From Anaerofustis sp. (GTDB lineage: Bacteria > Bacillota > Clostridia > Eubacteriales > Anaerofustaceae): a DNA stretch of 64,000 bases. The position numbers were made by a program, and so were the translations under genes. Shown here piece after piece: positions 16,901-26,670 of this stretch. The stretch lies in contig NZ_JAHZIA010000027.1 in the NCBI RefSeq assembly GCF_019420015.1, positions 372 through 64,371 on the forward strand. Direction: 5' to 3'. Each line of letters begins with the position of its first letter. The stretch's first letter is position 1. The notes under the pieces were generated by a model, which saw only the letters and a program-made list of their open reading frames with translations, searched no databases and was not told the DNA's origin.

Positions 16901-19258
16901 ATGTTTTTATTTGAAATCGCAATTATATCCATAATAGTTGGACTGATCAGAAAAGGAAGTATAAAGAACTTTTTTATCGGAGGAGTCAGAGGTTGGTACA
17001 TATTCCTTGTATCCATAGTACTCTTCATGTCTCAAAAAATATTGGCACTTGCGGGAGTAAGCGCACTTAACGATTACGCTTTTTGGATAACGATAGTAGC
17101 TTACATACTTCTATTCTTTGGTTTATTCTTAAACCTTGAAGGTATATGGGTCTATGCTTTGCTTATAGGGGCTTTAATGAACTTCGTTATTTTGGTTTTA
17201 AACGGAGGTCTGATGCCTGTAAGTGAATCTGCTTTAAGTATCGCAGGGCTCGGAAACGCAACCGGTGCATATATGACAAAATTTGCATCAACAATGGCCG
17301 TTGCAAATGATTCAACTATTTTCCTTTGGAAATATCTCGGAGCAATAATACCTTTACCTCTTCCATCAATTCTTGGCGAAGTATTAACTCCGGGAACCGT
17401 AATAATGGCTATATCTTCATTTGGATTTATACAAAGTGTAATGACTACAGAGTATATGGATGAAGATGAATATGAAAAATACATGAAAGAATTAAGCAGT
17501 GATGACAAAAAAGAAAGTCCTCTTTTAGATGATATATCAAGAATAAAAGAAGACAAAGATAATAAAAATGATATTTCTGATGACAACGATATAGACTACA
17601 CCAATATCAATGAAGATGACAATTCATTGCTTGATAACGACTCAAATGAAGATTCTTTTGAAGAAGCACAAGAAAAAGAACTTGTAGAAAATGCAGCAGA
17701 AGAACAAGATTTCTTTGCCGATTTTGAATTGGACGACTTAAATGAAGAAGATCCTGAAAGTGAAGAAAATATCGAAGATTTATCTCTAATTCAAGAAGAA
17801 GGCTCAAAACTTGAAGACGAAGACCTTTTAAAAGAATTAGAAGACGAATTCAACGAAGGCGAAGAAGAGTTGTTTAATGAAGAAGATGAACCTGACAATC
17901 TTCTTGACGAAGCAATAAATGAAGAAGAATTAACTTCAGAAGAAGACGAAGAAGAAATTCAAGAAGAAGTTGAAGATATACCGGAAGAAGAAAAAGATGA
18001 AGATGACATTATAGAAAATATTGCCCCAATAGCAGCAGGAGCGGGAATTGCAGCCGCAGGAATTGCTATGGCAGATAAAGAAGAAGATGATAAAAACGAA
18101 AAAGAACCGGATTTGGAAGACTTATTAACAGAAGCTTTAGGCGACGATGAAGACGATGAGGATATAGAAGAACTTTTAAACGAACTCAGAAACTTATCTA
18201 TGGAAGACGAACTTGAGTCTGAAGAAGCTGAAGTTGATTATGAAGAAATAGAAGAAAACGAAGAATCTTCTGATGAAGGAATCGATTATGACTTCTTTGA
18301 AGACGAAAATGACGATGAAATAAACGAAGAAGTTACAACGAAAGACCTACAAGAAGCTGAAGAATACGAAGACGAAGACAGTGAAACTGAAGAAATCATA
18401 TCAAAAGATGATGATGAAGAATATGAAGAACTTACCGAGGAATCGTTCCAAACTCCAGAAAGTCATATAAAGGATGCAAAAGAAATCCTCAAAAAAGTAG
18501 GAAATACAAAATCAGAAAAACTCTCTGATCCAATAAATCCAATGCCTGATGTGGATGTTGAAAGTCCTTTCATTATCGCAGATGGAAGAATTGTCGAAAA
18601 TCCTTATTATAAATTCAAAAAAGGCGGTACTTCCAGAAGAGAGCAAGTAATAGCTTCTCCAGAAATAGACGATAACGGAATTTATGTTATGAGTGGAGGC
18701 GGACTTGCAAAGGTAAAAGAAGGAAAAGTTGAACCACAAATACCTAAAGAAGAACAAAGGAAAAATCCGGTAAGAAAATCAAACATACCGAATATGACAT
18801 CAACACCGGGATTTGATCAAAATCAGGAAGAAGAGTTTACGACAATAACAAAAAAAACTTCAGACAAACAACAATCAAGCGATATGTCACAATTCAAACC
18901 TTTAGGTTATAAAGAAAATGTAAGAAAAACAGCAGTTCAAAGCGAACCTTACACACCTATGAATAATTATGATATCAATAATGAAATACCGATGACTCAA
19001 AAAAGAGAAAACCCTATAAACTCACAACAAACAAATAATGATGTTTACGAAAGAGAATCAAAGATGACAATCGTCAATGATTCTTCTACGGGAAGAACGG
19101 TACAAAAAGATTATAATTATCCAAAAGAACAAGTTGTACAAACATACAGAGAACCGGTTATTGATTCCGAAGGAAAAGAAGTCATGAATCCATACGAAAA
19201 GGTTGAAATGAAAATCGGTGATGTGGAAATAAAATTCTGGAAAAAAGATAATCAATAA
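16901..19258 (+). CDS. Large membrane protein: DUF5317-like N-terminal polytopic domain, long poly-acidic tract, unknown C-terminal domain
   Basis: N-terminus MFLFEIAIISIIVGLIRKGSIKNF... with about 6 TM helices. Roughly 17450-18450 is D/E-rich, interrupted by IAPIAAGAGIAAAGIAMA (18020-18073). The ATG at 16901 has better AGGAA RBS spacing than the TTG at 16895. Confidence 0.75.
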   Translation: MFLFEIAIISIIVGLIRKGSIKNFFIGGVRGWYIFLVSIVLFMSQKILALAGVSALNDYAFWITIVAYILLFFGLFLNLEGIWVYALLIGALMNFVILVLNGGLMPVSESALSIAGLGNATGAYMTKFASTMAVANDSTIFLWKYLGAIIPLPLPSILGEVLTPGTVIMAISSFGFIQSVMTTEYMDEDEYEKYMKELSSDDKKESPLLDDISRIKEDKDNKNDISDDNDIDYTNINEDDNSLLDNDSNEDSFEEAQEKELVENAAEEQDFFADFELDDLNEEDPESEENIEDLSLIQEEGSKLEDEDLLKELEDEFNEGEEELFNEEDEPDNLLDEAINEEELTSEEDEEEIQEEVEDIPEEEKDEDDIIENIAPIAAGAGIAAAGIAMADKEEDDKNEKEPDLEDLLTEALGDDEDDEDIEELLNELRNLSMEDELESEEAEVDYEEIEENEESSDEGIDYDFFEDENDDEINEEVTTKDLQEAEEYEDEDSETEEIISKDDDEEYEELTEESFQTPESHIKDAKEILKKVGNTKSEKLSDPINPMPDVDVESPFIIADGRIVENPYYKFKKGGTSRREQVIASPEIDDNGIYVMSGGGLAKVKEGKVEPQIPKEEQRKNPVRKSNIPNMTSTPGFDQNQEEEFTTITKKTSDKQQSSDMSQFKPLGYKENVRKTAVQSEPYTPMNNYDINNEIPMTQKRENPINSQQTNNDVYERESKMTIVNDSSTGRTVQKDYNYPKEQVVQTYREPVIDSEGKEVMNPYEKVEMKIGDVEIKFWKKDNQ

Positions 19259-19263
19259 AAATC

Positions 19264-19297
19264 ATAACCGCGGAAATATTTTCCGTGGTTATTTTTA
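19264..19297 (+). terminator. Intrinsic terminator after the large acidic protein gene
   Basis: ATAACCGCGGAA/TTCCGTGGTTAT stem (one G-U pair) followed by TTTTT. Confidence 0.7.
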
Positions 19298-19310
19298 TAA
19301 GGAGCATAAA

Positions 19311-19985
19311 ATGAGATTTTATAAGAACGAACTTCTTATAGGAAAAGAAAACACCGAAAAACTCCAAAACAAAAGCGTCATTATAATCGGTTGCGGAGGA
19401 GTCGGAGGGTTTTGTGCTGAAGCAATAGCAAGAAGCGGAATATACAATATAACGATAGTTGATAACGATAAAGTTGAAATAACGAACTTAAACAGGCAAA
19501 TTATCGCTTTAAATTCAACCGTAGGAAAATATAAAGTCGATATATTAAAAGAGCGAATAATGGATATAAACCCGAATGCGAAAGTAACAAAAATAAACTC
19601 GTTTTTGGACAAAAGCAATATAGATAATATTGTATCAAAAGAATATGATTATGTAATAGATGCAATAGATTCAATGAGCAGCAAAATTGATTTAATAGAC
19701 TACTGTTATAAAAACGATATAAACATAATTTCTGCTATGGGAATGGGAAATAAATTATCTCCCGAAAATATTATAATAGATGATATATATAATACTTCCT
19801 ACTGTCCTATGGCAAAAATAATCAGAAAAGAATTAAAAAAGAGAAATATAAAAAAATTAAATGTATGTTATTCGAAAAACGAAGTGGATAAAAAGTTAAA
19901 AACACCTTCAAGTATGATATTTGCCCCGAGTATATGCGGCATTACCATGGCATATAAAGTAATAAAAGATCTAACGGAACAATAA
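19311..19985 (+). CDS. tcdA: ThiF/MoeB/HesA-family protein, tRNA threonylcarbamoyladenosine dehydratase-like
   Basis: GCGGVGG nucleotide-binding loop, a D.D.V...NLNRQ motif and a size typical of TcdA/CsdL. Confidence 0.75.
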   Translation: MRFYKNELLIGKENTEKLQNKSVIIIGCGGVGGFCAEAIARSGIYNITIVDNDKVEITNLNRQIIALNSTVGKYKVDILKERIMDINPNAKVTKINSFLDKSNIDNIVSKEYDYVIDAIDSMSSKIDLIDYCYKNDINIISAMGMGNKLSPENIIIDDIYNTSYCPMAKIIRKELKKRNIKKLNVCYSKNEVDKKLKTPSSMIFAPSICGITMAYKVIKDLTEQ

Positions 19986-19998
19986 AGGAGAATGTATT

Positions 19999-20670
19999 AT
20001 GGCTGTTGAATTTAAAAATGATTGGCAGGAAATATTAAAAGGAGAATTTGACAAAGAATATTATAAAGAAATCCGAAAAAAACTGGTATATGAATACAGA
20101 CACCACAAAGTATATCCTGATATGTATGACATATTCAACGCTTTGCATTATACATCATATAAAGACACAAAAATATGCATTATAGGTCAAGATCCTTATC
20201 ACGGCGAAGGACAGGCTCATGGACTTTCTTTTTCCGTAAGAGAAGGTGTTCAGCCTCCCCCATCACTTTTGAACATATATAAGGAACTGGAAGACGACTT
20301 GGGAATAGAAAAACCTAAAACGGGATGTTTGGTACCATGGGCAAAACAAGGTGTTCTGCTTTTAAATGCAGTTCTTACGGTACGTGCAAACCAAGCAGCA
20401 AGCCACAGAAGTTTGGGATGGGAAGAATTTACAGACACTATAATCAAACTTTTAAACGAAAGAGAAAAACCCCTTGTATTTATTTTATGGGGAAATTTTG
20501 CGATTTCAAAAAAAACATTGATTACAAATCCGAATCATTTGATTCTTACAAGTCCTCATCCAAGTCCACTTTCCGCAAACAGAGGCTTTTTCGGAAGCAA
20601 ACCATTTTCAAAAGCAAACGAGTTTTTAAAGCAGACAGGACAAACACCTATTGATTTTTCTCTTAAATAA
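19999..20670 (+). CDS. ung: Uracil-DNA glycosylase (family 1)
   Basis: GQDPYH water-activating loop and an HPSPLSA leucine-loop motif. Confidence 0.95.
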   Translation: MAVEFKNDWQEILKGEFDKEYYKEIRKKLVYEYRHHKVYPDMYDIFNALHYTSYKDTKICIIGQDPYHGEGQAHGLSFSVREGVQPPPSLLNIYKELEDDLGIEKPKTGCLVPWAKQGVLLLNAVLTVRANQAASHRSLGWEEFTDTIIKLLNEREKPLVFILWGNFAISKKTLITNPNHLILTSPHPSPLSANRGFFGSKPFSKANEFLKQTGQTPIDFSLK

Positions 20671-20736
20671 TATATAAAAACTATTTACAAATAACAAATA
20701 TGACAGTATATTATAGTAAGACAAAAATTATAGGAG

Positions 20737-21261
20737 ATGAATATGAGAAACAGCACAAAAGAAATTTTCAGCTGGATATTTACCATATTTATAGCGATAA
20801 TACTCGCATTACTGATAAGAACATTCATATGCGAGCCCGTAATGGTAAAACAAACCAGTATGTATCCAACTTTGAACGACTCGGATAAAGTTCTTGCCAG
20901 CAAAATATCTTATATAATATCAGCCCCTGAATTTCAAGATATTGCCGTCGTAAAAATAGATGAAAACAATGACTATGTCAAAAGAGTAATAGGACTTCCG
21001 GGAGACAGCGTAGAAATAAAGAATTCAAAAGTATATGTAAACGGTGAAGAAATACAAGAACCTTACATATCGGAAGAACTGACCTACAACGACTATCCCC
21101 TTACCGTTGTACCCGAAAATCAATACTTTGTTTTGGGAGATAACAGACCGAATTCAAAAGACAGCAGGGATAATGAAATAGGAATGATTTCCAGGGAACA
21201 GTTTAAAGCCAAAATAGTCTTTAGAATACTTCCTTTCAGCAGTTTTGGAAAGATAAAATAA
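20737..21261 (+). CDS. lepB: Signal peptidase I
   Basis: N-terminal TM, a SMYPTL Ser box, KRVIGLPGD and GDNRPNSKDSR boxes. Confidence 0.93.
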   Translation: MNMRNSTKEIFSWIFTIFIAIILALLIRTFICEPVMVKQTSMYPTLNDSDKVLASKISYIISAPEFQDIAVVKIDENNDYVKRVIGLPGDSVEIKNSKVYVNGEEIQEPYISEELTYNDYPLTVVPENQYFVLGDNRPNSKDSRDNEIGMISREQFKAKIVFRILPFSSFGKIK

Positions 21262-21290
21262 AAAGAACCTCTAAAGGTTCTTTTTATTTT
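21261..21290. terminator. Bidirectional terminator between lepB and the convergent MBL-fold gene
   Basis: AAAAGAACCT-CTAA-AGGTTCTTTT palindrome with flanking A/T runs. It overlaps the stop codon of the minus-strand gene. Confidence 0.7.
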
Positions 21291-22066
21291 ATAGTCATAT
21301 CTTCTCCCGGTTTTGTAAAGAAATCCATCGGAGGAAGTTCTCTTTCATATTTTTTATATACTCTGAAAGTATTATATAGCCAATTCCCCTTATCCAACTC
21401 CTTATTAGGTAAATGTATGATAATAACTCTTCTCGGATTTAATTTATTTATAATTTCTCTTCCTGCTCTTAAGGCTATATAAGGAAAAGGCGCCAATAAA
21501 ACATCAATATCTCTTTTGAACATATCCGCATCTTCAAAATTTTCAATAACAGGAGCGCTATCCCCCAAATGAAGGAAAGTTTTACCTCCGAATTCAAAAT
21601 AATAAGAGAAGTTTTCAACATCATTATAATTTTTACCGTCATGCTGTATGGATATAACCTCAAATGAAATATCTTTTATTCTTGCCATAATCGAATCCGA
21701 AAAAGGAATCTCAAACTCATGAACCTGAGACACTATTATAGGGTCAAAATTAGCTGCTTCTTTTAATCTTTCCATAACAGTAAAAGTACAAATCAACTGG
21801 GTAAGTCTGTTATTCTTAAGTATCTCACATACACTTGTTGCATCAAAATGCTCTGCATGATGATGAGTAAACAACATAACATCTATTTTATCATACGGAG
21901 CAATTCCATTTATCATTTTATTCAGTGTACTTTTATCCACACTGAAATAAGGAGGAATATCTTTAACATGAACTCCGTCTATAAGTATCTTTTTCCCTTT
22001 ATTCTCCAGTAACACACCGGAATTTGCTATATATTCTAAGGTCACATTTTTTTTACCAAATGCCAT
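21284..22066 (-). CDS. MBL-fold metallo-hydrolase
   Basis: HHHAEHFD (HxHxDH-like) motif. The ATG at 22064-66 (MAFGKKNV...) has an AGAGGTG RBS. The ORF track extends to 22129. Confidence 0.75.
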   Translation of the reverse strand: MAFGKKNVTLEYIANSGVLLENKGKKILIDGVHVKDIPPYFSVDKSTLNKMINGIAPYDKIDVMLFTHHHAEHFDATSVCEILKNNRLTQLICTFTVMERLKEAANFDPIIVSQVHEFEIPFSDSIMARIKDISFEVISIQHDGKNYNDVENFSYYFEFGGKTFLHLGDSAPVIENFEDADMFKRDIDVLLAPFPYIALRAGREIINKLNPRRVIIIHLPNKELDKGNWLYNTFRVYKKYERELPPMDFFTKPGEDMTIK

Positions 22067-22476
22067 ATAAACACCTCTGCTTTTATAATTTAACATTTTA
22101 ATTATACATTTTTTTTTATATTTTAACAAGTTAATATAATTTGTTTTTAATAATTTGTCAATAATTATTTAATTTAATTAGATTATTATGTTGAAATAGA
22201 CTATAATATATTATAAGGGATAAAACTCCTTTAAATGTGACTTATGTAAAAGCATATAGCTTTAAACACTGCAATAAACGAATTAAATACATACAAATAT
22301 AATAAGTCACAATATATATTTATTTAAAATTGATTTTCCAGAGGTTGGATGTTTTTGATATTTATTAATCTGTTTGTCTAAAATTATAATTAAGCAATGA
22401 ATAAAAATCTATTAAAATAATTATAGTTAACAGTCAAACTCCTAAAATATTATATATTAAAAAAGGAATAAAACAT

Positions 22477-22971
22477 ATGAAACTTGATGAAGATAAAATT
22501 GAAATGCTGAGATACGAAACCGGCAGAGATTACGGTTTTTGCGAAAAGGCACTTATACGCTCCAGGAATAATTACGATAAAGCATTGGAATATATAGAAA
22601 ACTACGATGACAGATATTTTATAAGATTATATAAACATATAGTGGCAATCAGTTTCGGAGAAAAAAGCTATAGATTCAGGATTAACAGTATGGATGAAAA
22701 CATAATGGATATACCTCTTTTGATTCCTGTAATATTATGTCTGATAATTCCAATACCCTCAATTTTCATAGCACTTCTCATGATTTTGATTATGATTACC
22801 AATTCTTCTATTACCCTTGATGTAATAAACAGTGAAGATGTATTCATCCCCATAAAGAAAAGAGAGAAAATCAAGAAAAAAAACAATAAAGCAAACAAAA
22901 GTAAAACATCAATCGGTCATACAAAAATAATAAAGGATGACGAAGGCTTTAATATAATAGACATTATATAA
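22477..22971 (+). CDS. DUF4342-like protein with an N-terminal UBA/EF-Ts-N-like domain and a membrane segment
   Basis: N-terminus LRYETGRDYGFCEKALIRSRNNYDKALEYIE resembles UBA/TS-N. A hydrophobic helix pair follows, then a basic tail. Confidence 0.5.
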   Translation: MKLDEDKIEMLRYETGRDYGFCEKALIRSRNNYDKALEYIENYDDRYFIRLYKHIVAISFGEKSYRFRINSMDENIMDIPLLIPVILCLIIPIPSIFIALLMILIMITNSSITLDVINSEDVFIPIKKREKIKKKNNKANKSKTSIGHTKIIKDDEGFNIIDII

Positions 22972-22984
22972 ATCGGAGGATAAC

Positions 22985-23686
22985 ATGAAAGAGATACTAC
23001 TTATAGAAGACGAAGTCAAAATAGCAAGATTTCTTCAACTGGAACTAACCCATGAAGGTTACAATTTAACTATAGCAATAGAAGGAAGAGACGGGCTTAT
23101 AAAAGCTATGGATGACAAATATGACCTTATTATTTTGGATTTAATGCTTCCTAATTTAAGCGGAATAGAAATATGCAGAAGGTTAAGAGCAAACAATATT
23201 TCTACACCGATAATAATGCTTACGGCAAAATCAGACGTTTCTGATAAAGTAATGGGGCTGGATATAGGTGCAGATGACTACATGACAAAACCATTCGCAA
23301 TAGAAGAACTTCTTGCAAGAATAAGAAAGATATTATCAAGAAAAATCGCAAGCGAAGAAATAAGAGAACGTGAAGCAATTATCAAAGCAGGGAAAATAAC
23401 ACTCGATAAAAATACATATACTGCTCACTACGAAAATGAAGAAATATCCCTTACAAAAAAAGAATTTGAACTTTTGGAATACCTGATGATAAATAAAAAT
23501 ATAGTCCTTACCAGAGAACAAATAGTAAGCAACGTTTGGGGATATGATTACGAATCAGAAACAAATGTCACAGACGTTTATATAAGATATTTAAGAAGTA
23601 AAATAGATCAAAAATACGATACTCATTATATAAGAACGGTAAGAGGAATAGGATATCAATTTAAAGATGAGGAAGAAGAAAAATAA
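22985..23686 (+). CDS. OmpR-family two-component response regulator
   Basis: Receiver domain (DLIILDLMLP, K at TAK) plus a winged-helix output (LTKKEFELLEYL...RTVRGIGY). Confidence 0.93.
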   Translation: MKEILLIEDEVKIARFLQLELTHEGYNLTIAIEGRDGLIKAMDDKYDLIILDLMLPNLSGIEICRRLRANNISTPIIMLTAKSDVSDKVMGLDIGADDYMTKPFAIEELLARIRKILSRKIASEEIREREAIIKAGKITLDKNTYTAHYENEEISLTKKEFELLEYLMINKNIVLTREQIVSNVWGYDYESETNVTDVYIRYLRSKIDQKYDTHYIRTVRGIGYQFKDEEEEK

Positions 23687-25103
23687 TTCAAATTCAAATA
23701 TCCATAAAAAAAAGATAAAGGTAAAAGGAACCAAAAGCATAAAGCAAAAAACAGCGCTTTGGTATACTTACCTTTATCTTTTAATTGCATTGATTGCAGT
23801 ATTGGTACTAAGCATAACCATTTTAAAAACCGCTTATAAGAACGTATATAAAGAAAACAGCAAAATAAACAAAAGTATGACGCAAATATTACAAAACGGA
23901 AACTTTGAAGATACGGAATATATAAAAAGAAATATTTACAATATAGAAAAAACTTATGACGAATCCGTAATTTCTCTTATAAACACAAACGGAGACTACT
24001 ATTTACTCGATGATAACAAAAATATCGAAGAATATATAAAGGGATTAAAAGAAAACGTGCTGTTTGAAATTTTCCCAAGATTATCTTTACTGAACAAGGG
24101 ATATCTGGTAAGCAGCCGGGATATAAATGCAAACTCTCAGGTATATAAGCTCCTCATATTCTACCCCGCAGGACCTTTGATAAATACTTTGATGATAATT
24201 TTGCCACCGATAAGCATAGTTTTGAGTCTGGGAGCTTTTATGATTCTGATACTGGGCAGAATGAAATTAGGGAAAATACTCGCCCCTATTAATCAAATGA
24301 GCAGAACAACAAGAAAAATAACCGCTGAAAATTTAGATTTAAGACTGGATGTATCAGAAGCAGAGTATGAACTAAAAGAACTGGCAAAAACAACCAATGA
24401 AATGATAGATTCCTTCCAGGAAGCGTACGAAAAGCAAGAGCAATTCGTCTCAGACGTTTCACACGAGCTCAGAACGCCTATATCCGTAATTTCCGGATAC
24501 GGAAATATGTTGAAACGTTGGGGTAAAAAAGACGAAGATATTCTAAATGAAAGCGTAGATTCAATTATATTTGAAGCAGAAAATATGAAAGAACTAGTAA
24601 ACAGATTGCTATTTTTGGCAAAATATGACAAAAATAGTCTTCATTATAACTTTGAAAGAATGAATCTTACAGAATCCCTTAACCTGATAATAAAAGACTT
24701 CAGTGTAACACACCCGGATGTAACTATACTTCATAATATTCAAGATAACATATTCATTATGGGGGATGAATTCAGAATAATAGAAGTAGTAAGAATTTTT
24801 ATAGATAATGCAATAAAATATTCTAATAATAACATTACATTAAAAATAAATTTACAAAAACAAGAAAATAATGCTATACTAACTATTAAAGATAATGGTA
24901 TAGGAATAAAAGAAGAAGATTTAAAAAATATATTCTACAGATTTTACAGGAGCGACAAATCCAGAAACAAAGAAACAGGCGGAATGGGACTCGGACTTAG
25001 TATAGCAAAAGCCATTATCTTGGATCATAAAGGTAAAATAAGAGTCAGAACAAAAGAAAATGTAGGAAGTGAATTTTCAATTACATTACCTTTAGTAAAA
25101 TAA
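23667..25103 (+). CDS. Two-component sensor histidine kinase (two TM helices, HAMP, HisKA, HATPase_c)
   Basis: H-box FVSDVSHELRTPI, an N-box NAIKYS and G-boxes DNGIGI/GGMGLGLSI. Overlaps the response regulator gene by 20 nt. Confidence 0.92.
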   Translation: MRKKKNNSNSNIHKKKIKVKGTKSIKQKTALWYTYLYLLIALIAVLVLSITILKTAYKNVYKENSKINKSMTQILQNGNFEDTEYIKRNIYNIEKTYDESVISLINTNGDYYLLDDNKNIEEYIKGLKENVLFEIFPRLSLLNKGYLVSSRDINANSQVYKLLIFYPAGPLINTLMIILPPISIVLSLGAFMILILGRMKLGKILAPINQMSRTTRKITAENLDLRLDVSEAEYELKELAKTTNEMIDSFQEAYEKQEQFVSDVSHELRTPISVISGYGNMLKRWGKKDEDILNESVDSIIFEAENMKELVNRLLFLAKYDKNSLHYNFERMNLTESLNLIIKDFSVTHPDVTILHNIQDNIFIMGDEFRIIEVVRIFIDNAIKYSNNNITLKINLQKQENNAILTIKDNGIGIKEEDLKNIFYRFYRSDKSRNKETGGMGLGLSIAKAIILDHKGKIRVRTKENVGSEFSITLPLVK

Positions 25104-25120
25104 TATAAAGGAGATTCAAT

Positions 25121-26044
25121 ATGAGCAGTATGAAACAATGGCTTGAAACAAGAAGCAAAGAAATTTCCGGACAGGTAGTTGATATAAACCAAAAAGAATT
25201 GACCGACGAGGGTATAAGCGGATTCGGAACAAAAATAAGAGTAAATGAAATAATAGAAAATTTACAAGCCGGATTATTCCCTACAATATACGAAAAAGAT
25301 CTTGATAACAAAGAATTTATAAACATTTATGTAAGAAAAAGATTAAATACGGCCGCAATGGAGCTAAACAGCATTATAAGAGAAGTTTTTATAAATATGT
25401 GTGATAATGAAAATAAGGATAAAAAAAATTGCAATAAATGCAAAACCAAAGCGGACAATGCAACAATAAGCTTTATGGAAAGTATTCCTAAAGTAAGAGA
25501 ATATCTTTCAACAGACATTATTGCCGCATATAACGGAGATCCTGCGGCAATGAGCATAGAAGAAATTTTGCTGAGCTATCCTTATTTGGAAGCTGTAACC
25601 ATTCAAAGACTTGCACATGAATTGTTTTTGCTTAAAGTTCCTTTAATTCCGAGAATCATGACAGAATATGCTCATACAAAAACAGGTATCGACATACATC
25701 CTGGTGCAAAAATAGGGAAATATTTCTTTATCGATCATGCAACCGGAGTTGTTATAGGAGAAACCTGCGAAATAGGAAATAATGTAAAACTATATCAAGG
25801 GGTGACTCTTGGAGCAAAAAGCTTTGAACTTGATGATGACGGAAATCCCGTAAAAGGAGTAAAAAGACACCCCAATATTGAAGATAACGTGATTATATAT
25901 TCGGGCGCTACAATCTTAGGAGGAAACACAACCGTCGGAGAAGGCTCAATAATAGGCGGTAATGTTTGGCTGACCAAAAGCGTACCAAAAAATTCACGGG
26001 TTTACAACAATACTCCGGATAATTTAATAGAAGTGGCAAAATAA
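25121..26044 (+). CDS. cysE: Serine O-acetyltransferase (long, ~300-aa type)
   Basis: Hexapeptide-repeat C-terminus (GIDIHPGAKIGKYFFIDHATGVVIGETCEIGNNVKLYQGVTLG...) with an extended helical N-terminal domain. Confidence 0.85.
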   Translation: MSSMKQWLETRSKEISGQVVDINQKELTDEGISGFGTKIRVNEIIENLQAGLFPTIYEKDLDNKEFINIYVRKRLNTAAMELNSIIREVFINMCDNENKDKKNCNKCKTKADNATISFMESIPKVREYLSTDIIAAYNGDPAAMSIEEILLSYPYLEAVTIQRLAHELFLLKVPLIPRIMTEYAHTKTGIDIHPGAKIGKYFFIDHATGVVIGETCEIGNNVKLYQGVTLGAKSFELDDDGNPVKGVKRHPNIEDNVIIYSGATILGGNTTVGEGSIIGGNVWLTKSVPKNSRVYNNTPDNLIEVAK

Positions 26045-26072
26045 AAAGACCTTTTTAAAAGGTCTTTTTTAT
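26043..26072 (+). terminator. Intrinsic terminator after cysE
   Basis: AAAAAGACCTTT/AAAGGTCTTTTTT palindrome plus a T-run. Confidence 0.8.
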
Positions 26073-26149
26073 TTGATTATTTATTCCGTTTATTTTTATG
26101 AAAAATGGAAAAAATAGTATAAAAATAAAATGAAAAGGAGATAAAAAAT

Positions 26150-26335
26150 TTGAATAAACTTGTTTTATTATTAGTTATAATAGGCGCCGTAAATTGGGGA
26201 CTTATAGGATTTTTTCAATTCGACTTGGTTGCAACATTATTTGGAGGTCAAGCTTCAATAATGAGTAGAATAATATATGCAATCGTAGGACTCAGTGGAC
26301 TGTATTCACTTAGTTTCTTTAATAAGGTAGACTAA
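26150..26335 (+). CDS. DUF378-family small membrane protein
   Basis: LLLVIIGAVNWGLIGFFQFDLVA...YAIVGLSGLY matches the DUF378 pattern. TTG start with an AAGGAG RBS. Confidence 0.75.
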   Translation: MNKLVLLLVIIGAVNWGLIGFFQFDLVATLFGGQASIMSRIIYAIVGLSGLYSLSFFNKVD

Positions 26336-26437
26336 CAATGGTAAATTCCCTTAAATAGTTATTGACATATGACAAAAAATGATTATAATTATATATAAAT
26401 AGCATATGCTAATAATTTACAAAGGGAGATGAAAAAA

Positions 26438-26605
26438 ATGCCAAACAGAGATGGTAAAGGTCCAAGTATGAATTCAAGTTATTGTAATAATACTGGCAAC
26501 TGCCAGCGTAAACAAAAAAGACAATGCAGAAGAAGAAATTGTAAATCTGATGAAAACAATCAAAATTGCAAAAGAGAATTTCATTGCAATAAAAATGAAT
26601 ATTAA
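26438..26605 (+). CDS. DUF5320-like small Cys/Arg-rich protein (55 aa); below the ORF-track length cut-off
   Basis: My translation gives MPNRDGKGPSMNSSYCNNTGNCQRKQKRQCRRRNCKSDENNQNCKREFHCNKNEY. The MP(R/N)RDGTGP-type N-terminus is typical of DUF5320. A GGGAG RBS lies 8 nt upstream, and the gene sits directly upstream of a DUF134 gene, a pairing I recall for this family. Confidence 0.65.
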   Translation: MPNRDGKGPSMNSSYCNNTGNCQRKQKRQCRRRNCKSDENNQNCKREFHCNKNEY

Positions 26606-26670
26606 TATATCTTGACAAATAATAATTTAATAATTATTATATACTTGATTAATTAATTAGAAGGTATATT

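Noticed and set aside
17450-18450. Repetitive GAA/GAT-rich DNA that could be taken for a tandem-repeat or CRISPR-like array
   Set aside because: It is a continuous open reading frame encoding a Glu/Asp-rich tract. It has no fixed-length direct repeats separated by unique spacers. No cas genes or leader are present anywhere in the window.
26409-26618. 69-aa minus-strand ORF in the ORF track
   Set aside because: It has no RBS and a low-complexity hydrophobic/aromatic translation. The opposite strand carries a DUF5320-like ORF with an RBS and the expected DUF134 neighbour.
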